64,000 nucleotides of DNA. Origin: Candidatus Levyibacteriota bacterium (GTDB lineage Bacteria; Patescibacteriota; Microgenomatia; Levybacterales; UBA12049). A program made the position numbers and the translations under genes. Under the pieces are notes generated by a model, which saw only the letters and a program-made list of their open reading frames with translations, ran no database searches and was not told the DNA's origin. How positions within the stretch are numbered: position 1 is the first letter of the stretch; the number at the start of each line of letters is the position of its first letter. The DNA lies in NCBI GenBank assembly GCA_963790825.1, contig CAWBPM010000002.1, forward strand, positions 686,980-750,979. The letters run 5' to 3'. Shown piece after piece: positions 1-9,201 of this stretch.

Positions 1-35
1 TCCCTAACTTACTATAGTCTTAAGTTTTATGTTCT

Positions 36-111
36 TGGAGGCGCGAAGGGGACTCGAACCCCTGAATGACTGTTCTGCAAACAGCTGTGTTAGCCACTTC
101 ACCACCGCGCC
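36..111 (-). tRNA. tRNA-Cys (anticodon GCA), CCA encoded
   Basis: Reverse complement folds as a cloverleaf: acceptor GGCGCGG/TCGCGCC, anticodon stem GCTGT/ACAGT, loop TTGCAGA, T-arm AGGGG-TTCGAGT-CCCCT, 3' TCCA. Confidence 0.85.
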
Positions 112-144
112 TGGCGGAGCCAGGCCTTGCTCCGCAAGGCCCTT

Positions 145-402
145 TCACGATTGCTCTAAACTATCTTCAATTTGTTTCTTTAAATCCTTTTTTGCCGCAT
201 GATTCTTTAGTTGTTTTTCTCGTTTTGTTGCATCTCTTTTATTAAGATAAGCTTCATAATAAACTAGTTTCCATGGTCTATTAGGCCTAGTAGCTGCTAC
301 GTTTCCTTTATTATGATCTTGATATCGCCTCCGTAAGTCACCACTAAAATCTATGTATATATCATTATTTTTGTGACTATTTAAAACATATACATAAAAC
401 AT
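145..402 (-). CDS. GIY-YIG nuclease family protein (small, UPF0213/YhbQ-like)
   Basis: 85-aa ORF with YVYVL...GDLRRRYQDHN...WKLVYYEAY, which is the GIY-YIG fold signature; it sits just downstream of the 16S terminator. Confidence 0.7.
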   Translation of the reverse strand: MFYVYVLNSHKNNDIYIDFSGDLRRRYQDHNKGNVAATRPNRPWKLVYYEAYLNKRDATKREKQLKNHAAKKDLKKQIEDSLEQS

Positions 403-519
403 GTAGCTAGCTCTCTGTCATTTTAACATTATAAAGAAGGCGTAGCAAGCTCAGAGAGTACAAAATAGCATTTTGTTAGAAAGTTGAAAGATTGGAGAAA
501 ATATCCCATTATCTCCACA

Positions 520-546
520 AAAAATCCCTCCAATTGGAGGGATTTT
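520..546 (-). terminator. Rho-independent terminator following the 16S rRNA gene
   Basis: Hairpin AAATCCCTCC-AATT-GGAGGGATTT followed on the minus strand by a T6 run, about 300 nt past the 16S 3' end. Confidence 0.5.
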
Positions 547-847
547 GCTGACTAATCAAGAAGTGGTAGGAAAAGTCCATCCTTCGTATAAAACTACAAA
601 GGACGGTGCGAGAATGGTGTTCATTAATCTCTAAGTACTCGTTTCGTTCTAAAAAAGAACTTACAAGCCCCGCCTTGCGGCAAGTAGCGAGATTAACCAA
701 GAGCCATTCACTCCTCTTGTTGCCTATACACTGTTCTTGTCTATCCCAATACTGATTGCTCAATACTGTATAAAGCAAGATTGGTATCTTCCCCAATCCG
801 TGGTTCCTCTGCAACCATCAAAAGATGCTTACAAAAAAATTATTAGA

Positions 848-2338
<1,491 letters not shown>

Positions 2339-2543
2339 CAAAAAAAATCAACGAAGTTGTCCTGAATTTATTTCAGGATCTCCATCGAATATGAATAAGA
2401 ACAAAAAATTGTCTGTGCGTAAATTCCGAGGTTAATCAGAATAATTTAAGACAAGGGAAGTTCTTATTCGAAAATTCCCTACCACTTCTTGATTGTCAAG
2501 GAGCGACAAATGCGAAGCATTTTCGCTCCGCGATCCTTCCGTA

Positions 2544-2561
2544 GTTCGCCAGCTGGCGAAC
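2544..2561. promoter_or_regulatory. perfect 18-bp GC-rich palindrome GTTCGCCAGCTGGCGAAC in the 16S upstream region
   Basis: Exact self-reverse-complement; about 205 bp upstream of the 16S 5' end, between the fic terminator and the rRNA gene; no flanking T-run. Confidence 0.3.
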
Positions 2562-2607
2562 GAAGGAGGATCAAATTGTCCCAGTCTATATAAAGTAGTC
2601 CAGAGAC

Positions 2608-2630
2608 TAAAAAACCTCGCTAAGGCGAGG
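2608..2630 (-). terminator. Rho-independent terminator of the ficA-fic operon
   Basis: Hairpin CCTCGC-TAAG-GCGAGG preceded on the plus strand by A6 (T6 after the hairpin on the minus strand), about 95 nt downstream of the fic stop. Confidence 0.5.
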
Positions 2631-2724
2631 TATTCTCAAATCCTTGGCGAAAGAACTTTACATATCTAAAGCTCATTATAGCTTGATTTGAAGGATTGTC
2701 AAGCGGACAATATGAGGTTTACAG

Positions 2725-3603
2725 TTAAGCAATTAACTTTGTCTCTCCGGCCGGAGTTGGTTCTCTATTTATTTTTTGACTAATATCGATTGGTCTAAAT
2801 TTATCCCAAACATCTCCTAAATCTTTATTTCCAGCTATTTGTTTTTGACCCTTCTTCGTTATAGCTTCTTCTATTTCACTAACTATCCTCTGGTTATCTC
2901 CATCTTGCTCCTTACTCTCATACATAACTTTTAGACCTTCTAATAAGTGAATTTCAAGTGGTGTTGTATCTCCCAAACCGTCCACTTGTCTCATTGTATC
3001 TAAATGTTTATCTCTTGCTCCGCTATCATACCAATCGCCACCATATATAATACTTTCAAGTCCTCCCCCTTGCAGAACTCTATTCAAGACAAACCGTCCT
3101 GTTCTACCGTTACCATCAAAAAAAGGATGTATTCTAATCCAGCAGTAATAAGCCCAAGCTGCATCTTGAACTGTTTCAGCAATATGCCCATGAGGAGAAG
3201 GAGGAATCGATTCATCCTCAGTAGATCTTCTCTCGTTTTGTTTTGCTAGTCTTCTATCTAGCTCTCTTGTATATTCTCGCATAAGGGGAGTAATATCTGT
3301 ACCTCGCACAAATATATTTTCCGGATCCTTAGATACAGCAGTATCAATATGAATATCCGTTTCGCGAAATGTACCTGGCTCATGTGGATAATACCCCCGT
3401 GATTGATACTCTTCCACATTTTGTAAGAGGCTTTTATGTAGAACAGGAATAGCTAAGCCACTTGGTATGAATGGCCTACGCACCCATTCATCAAGCACAG
3501 AACGCGTAGTAGTAATATTTCGGATTTCTTCAAGAGTATGACCGTTTTCAACTTTAGGAGAAAGATCTTTTGCATTTTCGGGAGAATCACCTTTTATTTC
3601 CAT
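2725..3603 (-). CDS. fic: Fic family protein (putative AMPylating toxin, class I)
   Basis: 292-aa ORF with the canonical Fic motif HPFFDGNGRTGR (HPFx[DE]GNGRxxR); ATG start 5 nt after the stop of the upstream small gene. Confidence 0.8.
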   Translation of the reverse strand: MEIKGDSPENAKDLSPKVENGHTLEEIRNITTTRSVLDEWVRRPFIPSGLAIPVLHKSLLQNVEEYQSRGYYPHEPGTFRETDIHIDTAVSKDPENIFVRGTDITPLMREYTRELDRRLAKQNERRSTEDESIPPSPHGHIAETVQDAAWAYYCWIRIHPFFDGNGRTGRFVLNRVLQGGGLESIIYGGDWYDSGARDKHLDTMRQVDGLGDTTPLEIHLLEGLKVMYESKEQDGDNQRIVSEIEEAITKKGQKQIAGNKDLGDVWDKFRPIDISQKINREPTPAGETKLIA

Positions 3604-3608
3604 AAAGA

Positions 3609-3911
3609 TTATTTTTGATCAGCTGCTGAATCAGGTAAATTAAAGAATCGTAAGATATCTCCAATATGCTCTCCTTCTAATCCTTGAGTGGTAAAAGTCT
3701 CTTTGATTTGTTCAATATCTTTAGGATTTCCTCTTATTCGTTTATAAGCATCTTCTTCAATAAATATATTTGAAAGATCTGCTATAAAATTTCTGGATGC
3801 CAGAGGAAAAGTTTGTAGGCCTTTATTAAACTTCTTCCTTTCTTCCTCTGTCATTCTTTCTGGATTATCTCCCATACTTTGGTCAATTCTATTAGTTTCT
3901 CTACTATTCAT
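3609..3911 (-). CDS. FicA/VbhA-like antitoxin (small protein with the inhibitory TxxxEG motif)
   Basis: 100-aa ORF immediately upstream of and co-directional with fic; contains TQGLEG, matching [S/T]xxxE[G/N]; 5-nt intergenic gap suggests an operon. Confidence 0.55.
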   Translation of the reverse strand: MNSRETNRIDQSMGDNPERMTEEERKKFNKGLQTFPLASRNFIADLSNIFIEEDAYKRIRGNPKDIEQIKETFTTQGLEGEHIGDILRFFNLPDSAADQK

Positions 3912-3991
3912 GATAAGTATACCTGATTTCTTTTAGGAATTAAACTTTTAGCAATTATATCATAATTTATTTTTCTCCATCATTTCCCGAG

Positions 3992-5192
3992 TTCTAGAAA
4001 CGATCGCACCCCCCTGTAAGGTTTAATTAGGTACAATTCACTTCCTGAGGTAAGAGAGGGGGTGAATTATGAAACACAAAAAGATAACGCAAACGGAACG
4101 GGAATTGTTAGGCCAGTGGAAGAAGGAAGGAGTAGCGAATAAAGAAATCGCCAGAAGACTGTCTCGTCCCGTCTTGACTATTCGTCGTGAGTTGAAAAGG
4201 AATAAAACCAAAGTTGCTGTTGGCAAAGAGTGGGAATGGATCTACGAACCAATCCATGCCCAGCATGTCGCGATGGAACGGAAACAAAATGCATGGTTGG
4301 CTAAAGAGCCGTTGAAAAACAAAAAAGTATACAAATACGTCATTGACCATCTTCGCGAGAGTTGGAGCCCTGAACAAATATCAGGAAGGCTCAAACATGA
4401 AGATCATCCGGATGATAAGTCGTGGCATATCTGTATGGAAACCATATACGCTTTTATCTACAAAGAAAAAACTGATATAACAAAACAAGGAATTAAACAA
4501 CAAAGCATATTTAATAAACATCTGGCTGGAAAAGACAGAACGGTGGTAACAGTAACGGACTTTGACCGACCATTATACGAGTATTTGAGGCGGAAACAGA
4601 CAAGACGACGGAAAAGAAACGGCAGGAAAGTTCATAGGTCACATATACCTGATCGCGTCAGTATTCATAAAAGGCCATTGATTGTCGCCAGACGAAAACA
4701 ATTTGGTCACTGGGAAGGAGACAGTATTGTTGGAGATAAACACGCCTCAGGGTTACATACAGAATATGAACGGGTTTCAAGCCTTACCCGATTTGAGCGG
4801 ATGGTTCGGATAACAGCGGCAGATACAGTTATTGCCGGTAAGAAAATATTTAGTCCCTTCCCTGAAAAAGCAAGGCGATCAACAACGCTTGATAACGGAC
4901 CGGAAAACCATGGACATACAGAGCTTAAGAAAGACCTATCCATGCAGACATATTTTGCAGATCCATATTCCTCCTGGCAACGAGGAGGAAATGAGAATGC
5001 AAATCTTTGGATCAGATACTACTTTCCAAAAGGGACTGATTTTAGTACAATCTCAGATGAAGAATTAAAAGACGTTCAGGATGAAATAAACAACCGTCCC
5101 AGAAAACGTCTTAAATTCAGAACGCCTCAGGAAGTATTTTCTGAGTACCTCAATAAACCCTAAAGGGGTGCATTAGTTCCTAGAATACGGGT
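3992..5192 (+). mobile_element. IS30-family insertion sequence (about 1.2 kb)
   Basis: One transposase ORF flanked by imperfect terminal inverted repeats. Left is ...CTAGAAACGATCGCACCCCCCTGTAAGGTTTAATTAGG; the right reverse complement is ...CTAGGAACTAATGCACCCCTTTAGGGTTTATTGAG. The right IR overlaps the tnp stop. Boundaries are good to about 10 bp. Confidence 0.55.
4069..5163 (+). CDS. IS30 family transposase (DDE)
   Basis: 364 aa; N-terminal HTH, then HWEGDSIVG...LDNGPENHGH...YFADPYSSWQRGGNENANLWIRYYFPKGTDF, typical of IS30 transposases; GAGAGGGGG SD before the ATG. Confidence 0.85.
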   Translation: MKHKKITQTERELLGQWKKEGVANKEIARRLSRPVLTIRRELKRNKTKVAVGKEWEWIYEPIHAQHVAMERKQNAWLAKEPLKNKKVYKYVIDHLRESWSPEQISGRLKHEDHPDDKSWHICMETIYAFIYKEKTDITKQGIKQQSIFNKHLAGKDRTVVTVTDFDRPLYEYLRRKQTRRRKRNGRKVHRSHIPDRVSIHKRPLIVARRKQFGHWEGDSIVGDKHASGLHTEYERVSSLTRFERMVRITAADTVIAGKKIFSPFPEKARRSTTLDNGPENHGHTELKKDLSMQTYFADPYSSWQRGGNENANLWIRYYFPKGTDFSTISDEELKDVQDEINNRPRKRLKFRTPQEVFSEYLNKP

Positions 5193-5428
5193 TTATACAA
5201 CACGATTCCTAAACTAACATGACATTGAGCGAGACATTTACTCCTCATATCGGCAGTTCAACAATTTTATTACCTATATCTAATCGTATTTTTATATCAG
5301 AATAAAAAGGAGTTAAATGTCTGTGGAGAGAATCGTATCTATTATCTCAAATTTCATAATAACAAATATTTACAAATAAATAAAGACTTGTAAATATAAA
5401 ATTGTTGAGGTATATTAAAATCGTAAGG

Positions 5429-6583
5429 ATGGCAAGATTTGAATCTGAAATCTTATTAAATAGTCAGGTGCTTACAGCCGCTGCGCCTATAGAAAATGCA
5501 AAAAATTCCCCATACCGGATTAAATCCAATAATATTGTTTTTTTGGCAGGAAGAGGAAATACTCCGCTTGCAAGAGAAGTTACAGATTTACTAGGTAAAC
5601 CTTTATACACGCCAGCCAGTAGTTTTGCAGATGGTGAATCGGATGTAAAAATAGATGTGGAATCAGTTGATTTCACCGGAATAGATGTATTTATATCCCA
5701 GTCAACACAGCCCAAAGTTACACCTGACGGCCTCGGTGTTAATGACCATGTAATGGAACTATATTTCATGAATAAAGCCGCCAAGCGGGCCGGTGCAAAT
5801 AGAGTTGTCGATATCATTCCTTATTACGGATATGGCAGAGGTGATGCCGATAATCCCGGACGGACTCTGACTGCAGCAGATGTTGCACGATTGTTAACGA
5901 AACGAACCAGGGTAAAACGATTAATGAGTGTCGATCTGCATAATCCAGCTGTAAAAATGGCGGTTGAAAAACCTTGGGATAATTTATATGCCAGTAGAAG
6001 TCTTGTCCCGGTTATACGAAATAGATTAAAACAACATGGCGAGTTTGATAATGCCGTTATTGTGTCTCCGGATAATGGCGCTGTAAGACGATCCAGCGCA
6101 TTTGCCAGAGAAATCGGCATTAGAAGTTTGGCGATAATTCACAAGCATCGTCCAGAAGATGAGAAAGATAAATCGGAAGTCGTAGAAGTAGTTGGTGATG
6201 TAAAAGGGAAAGTAGCCGTGGTCGTCGATGATATAGCTAACACATTAGGAACTGCCGTTCATGGTGCTATAGGATTAATGGAACGCGGAGCAAAACGAGT
6301 TATATTCGTCGGGGTACATGGCATTTTATCAGGAGACGCACTTAAATATTTACAAAATCCGGCATTAGATCATGCTTACCTAATGAATACGATAGAACTG
6401 AGACCGGAAGTAATGCAGCAAGTTGGCGAAGTTATTGCAAATCCATTTGATGAGGAAAGCTATAAAGATACTGAAAATCCCGATAAAAAATTAACTATTG
6501 TATCTGTGGCGCCACAATTAGCTAAAACTATCTACACTTATGTAGCCACGAAAAAACGAAATAATCATCCCAATAAACATTAA
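5429..6583 (+). CDS. prs: ribose-phosphate pyrophosphokinase (PRPP synthetase)
   Basis: IVFLAGRGNTPLAREV...DGESDVKI...ELYFMNKAAKRAGANRVVDIIPYYGYGRGD...VVVDDIANTLGT. N-terminus is uncertain: the ORF track starts at a TTG at 5402 and the first ATG is 5429; there is a roughly 40-aa N-terminal extension relative to typical Prs. Confidence 0.75.
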   Translation: MARFESEILLNSQVLTAAAPIENAKNSPYRIKSNNIVFLAGRGNTPLAREVTDLLGKPLYTPASSFADGESDVKIDVESVDFTGIDVFISQSTQPKVTPDGLGVNDHVMELYFMNKAAKRAGANRVVDIIPYYGYGRGDADNPGRTLTAADVARLLTKRTRVKRLMSVDLHNPAVKMAVEKPWDNLYASRSLVPVIRNRLKQHGEFDNAVIVSPDNGAVRRSSAFAREIGIRSLAIIHKHRPEDEKDKSEVVEVVGDVKGKVAVVVDDIANTLGTAVHGAIGLMERGAKRVIFVGVHGILSGDALKYLQNPALDHAYLMNTIELRPEVMQQVGEVIANPFDEESYKDTENPDKKLTIVSVAPQLAKTIYTYVATKKRNNHPNKH

Positions 6584-6657
6584 TACGAATCCGTTTGCGT
6601 ATTCTTGGATTAATCAATCAGAAGAATAACCTTTATTTATACCTCTTTTATAAATCT

Positions 6658-7179
6658 TTAATTACCTGGTATAACACAATCCCCCAGACTTACCATCACG
6701 TTTAAACTTATATTTACTCCGTACATCGGCAGTTCGACAATTCCGTCGCACATTTCTAATACTTCTTTCGACACTCCCTTAGTTTCATGTCCCACAACCA
6801 ACGCAATCGGAAAATGATAATCAAATGTGTCATACGGCATACTTCTTGCGTGTTGTTCTATTGCCACCACCGTCAAATTTTCAATTTTCAATTTTAAATT
6901 TTCAATTGCTTCAGCTGCTGTTGGCGAGTACTCCCAGGGAACCCATTCGGTTGTATTGATTGAGGCTTTTTTTATGCGCGTATTTGGCGGCGTTTCTGAG
7001 CCTTTACAAAGAATTACTTTTTCTGCCGCCACTGCATCGGCGAGACGAAATATCGCGCCTATATTATAAGTATCCAGAACATTATCCAAAATAATATAGA
7101 TCGGATTCCGCTTTACCGCTTGCAATTTTCCAGCGTCTTTTTCCGACAACCGAAGTTCTGCTGCTTTCATCTTTATCAT
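6658..7179 (-). CDS. SpoU/TrmH-family RNA 2'-O-methyltransferase (TrmL-sized)
   Basis: 173 aa with SPOUT motifs YNIGAIFRLADAV, VVGHETKGVS, ELPMYGVNISLNV. Contains a low-complexity ENLKLKIENL insert encoded by the 8-bp repeat at 6874-6909. Confidence 0.75.
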   Translation of the reverse strand: MIKMKAAELRLSEKDAGKLQAVKRNPIYIILDNVLDTYNIGAIFRLADAVAAEKVILCKGSETPPNTRIKKASINTTEWVPWEYSPTAAEAIENLKLKIENLTVVAIEQHARSMPYDTFDYHFPIALVVGHETKGVSKEVLEMCDGIVELPMYGVNISLNVMVSLGDCVIPGN

Positions 7180-7265
7180 GCTTGTAATCTTACTAAAATT
7201 CCTCTCTTTTTACAAATATCAACGTAACTTGACACCCTTAATAACGACAGGTATATAATTGATAA

Positions 7266-7715
7266 ATGACTGCCACCTCTCATGCAATAATCGGTACCGT
7301 GATTGCAGCGAAAATCGGTAATCCTGCACTTGCCATACCAATTGCAATTGCTTCTCACGTCTTAGCAGACTTGTTCCCGCACTGGGATTTCGGCACACAC
7401 AGAAAAGAAAAAACCAAATTGCGCTTCACGCTCGAATCAATCGGAGACGTTTTGCTTAGCTTCGTTGTAGCCTACTTTCTTATCCAATTTCTTGCACCCG
7501 CTACAAATCTCATATACCTTTTCATCGTAGTTCTGGCTGCACAGTCCGTTGACTGGCTTTTTATGCCGTATTTATATTTAAATATGAAATTTCCTCCTTT
7601 TTCCTGGGCATTTAAGTTTTCCCGCATGACAAATACTAAGTTGGATAAACCCTGGGGAATTATTGGTCAAGTTTGGGTACTTATTCTTCTGGTTGCCTTC
7701 GCGAAACTATTTTAA
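7266..7715 (+). CDS. hypothetical membrane protein (possibly YdjM/DUF457-like metal-dependent hydrolase)
   Basis: 149 aa, 4 predicted TM helices, SHVLADLFPH histidine/aspartate motif; the family assignment is tentative. Confidence 0.4.
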   Translation: MTATSHAIIGTVIAAKIGNPALAIPIAIASHVLADLFPHWDFGTHRKEKTKLRFTLESIGDVLLSFVVAYFLIQFLAPATNLIYLFIVVLAAQSVDWLFMPYLYLNMKFPPFSWAFKFSRMTNTKLDKPWGIIGQVWVLILLVAFAKLF

Positions 7716-7760
7716 ACTTTTAAATTTGACATTCCTTTTTCACCTATAGATACTAGAGAT

Positions 7761-8705
7761 ATGGATCAAAAAAAGAAAGACGATGAGCTCAGACTTCCCG
7801 CCTCCTTGTATGACCTTCCAAAAGTTCCCGAGGAAATACCTACCGTTGCATCTTCTCTTCACCCTGTATTTCCGACTATTCCTACCTCAACAACTTTCCT
7901 TTCCCTAAATCAAACTGCTTCCAATCCCTCCGAGACACCTATCCCCCCACAAATCAAACCTCAGTTTTCCACGTCACCGATCGCCAATCCTAACCCGCCG
8001 ATTTTTAGGAAAATATTTTGGGTTTTATTAATTTTAGTACTCATTGCCGTTGGGCTTTTCGGAACTGCGTATTATCTCGTTTACCACTCTTTAAATCAGA
8101 AACTCGACCAGATCAACCACGTGAATGATCGGAGTGTCATTCTTCCCTCTTCTCCTACTCCTACCCAAACACCACTTGTTTGTCCTCCGAATACCGATTC
8201 GCAAACAGCGTCTTGGTCAACGTATATAAATCAGGCGTATGGTTTTTGTTTCCGATATCCCGAAGGATTATATACTGATTTTTTAACCACATCTGATGCA
8301 AAAACTCACTTCGTTCAAATCCATGCAGATAACCCACCTGGTTCAAAAAACTTTGGCACAGATCTTCAGCTGACACTGCTACAAGTAAATTTACCGCTTG
8401 ATGATTTCCTGTCCTCCCAGGCAGCAACATTACAAACTACTTCAAAAGTTAAAACCACGGTAGGAAGTGACGTCGCATATCAACTAGTTCGTTTCCCCGG
8501 GTATTTAGAAACACCTGCAGTAACGGGCTATGACATCATTTTTAAACACACGGGCACATTTTATTCATTCCTTTTCAGCGAAGAAGATTCTGCGATAGTA
8601 GAAACAAATCATAGTGGGTTTCCAACACAACAAAAAACTTTTGACTTAGTAGTTTCTTCATTCCAACTTCTTGTAGCAAGTTCCGAGGGACAAATCAGCA
8701 AATAA
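7761..8705 (+). CDS. hypothetical secreted/membrane-anchored protein with Pro-rich N-terminus
   Basis: 314 aa; proline-rich low-complexity N-terminal region, one TM helix (IFWVLLILVLIAVGLFGTAYYLV), then a globular domain. Confidence 0.45.
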   Translation: MDQKKKDDELRLPASLYDLPKVPEEIPTVASSLHPVFPTIPTSTTFLSLNQTASNPSETPIPPQIKPQFSTSPIANPNPPIFRKIFWVLLILVLIAVGLFGTAYYLVYHSLNQKLDQINHVNDRSVILPSSPTPTQTPLVCPPNTDSQTASWSTYINQAYGFCFRYPEGLYTDFLTTSDAKTHFVQIHADNPPGSKNFGTDLQLTLLQVNLPLDDFLSSQAATLQTTSKVKTTVGSDVAYQLVRFPGYLETPAVTGYDIIFKHTGTFYSFLFSEEDSAIVETNHSGFPTQQKTFDLVVSSFQLLVASSEGQISK

Positions 8706-8741
8706 TTATTGATTTTTGTCAAATTTGGAAATCAAATATTA

Positions 8742-9164
8742 CTATTTACTCCTCTTCAGCTTTTTCTTCGGGTTATAAGGTATCATAAAGAAGAGAACTA
8801 AGAAACTGACGATACAAAACCAACCATAAAAATTTATAAAAAATACATCCATCTCATGATATGCAGGCAAACTGGGACAAACATCAACACATTCTAAGCC
8901 TAATCCAAGTTGTGCCCAGAAATATTGTACAACCACAAACCCGAACGCAATTACACATAAAATAACTCTATATTTATATTTTATAGCTAAAGCAATACTG
9001 ACTAAAAGTAAATAAATAATGAATGGAATAAAACCTATAATCCAATCGAGTAGTGGCTGTGGTGAAGAACCGTGGCTTCCACCACCGATATAAGCATTAA
9101 TATACTCCAGTACGATTTCAATAACTAAAGTAATAATTAAAACAATTACTAATAATCTCCGCAT
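8742..9164 (-). CDS. hypothetical integral membrane protein
   Basis: 140 aa, 4 hydrophobic helices, basic C-terminus. Confidence 0.4.
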   Translation of the reverse strand: MRRLLVIVLIITLVIEIVLEYINAYIGGGSHGSSPQPLLDWIIGFIPFIIYLLLVSIALAIKYKYRVILCVIAFGFVVVQYFWAQLGLGLECVDVCPSLPAYHEMDVFFINFYGWFCIVSFLVLFFMIPYNPKKKLKRSK

Positions 9165-9201
9165 CAGATTTAGTATGATACAGCAATATTATGGTGTCAA
9201 A

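Noticed and set aside
509-814. 101-aa minus-strand ORF between the 16S 3' end and its terminator
   Set aside because: It is inside the transcribed rRNA trailer, starts with TTG, has no motif, and overlaps the terminator hairpin; most likely non-coding. No tRNA was found in this trailer either.
4038-4377. Minus-strand ORFs 4038..4226 and 4108..4377, and 4707..4943 / 4832..5068
   Set aside because: They are contained in the IS30 transposase gene on the opposite strand or in an alternative frame; shadows.
6827-7069. Plus-strand 80-aa ORF and other antisense ORFs within SpoU, topA, mrdA, mreB and purA (for example 9208..9462, 14006..14218, 17499..17729, 27989..28228)
   Set aside because: They are antisense to well-supported conserved genes, with no motifs; typical spurious ORFs.
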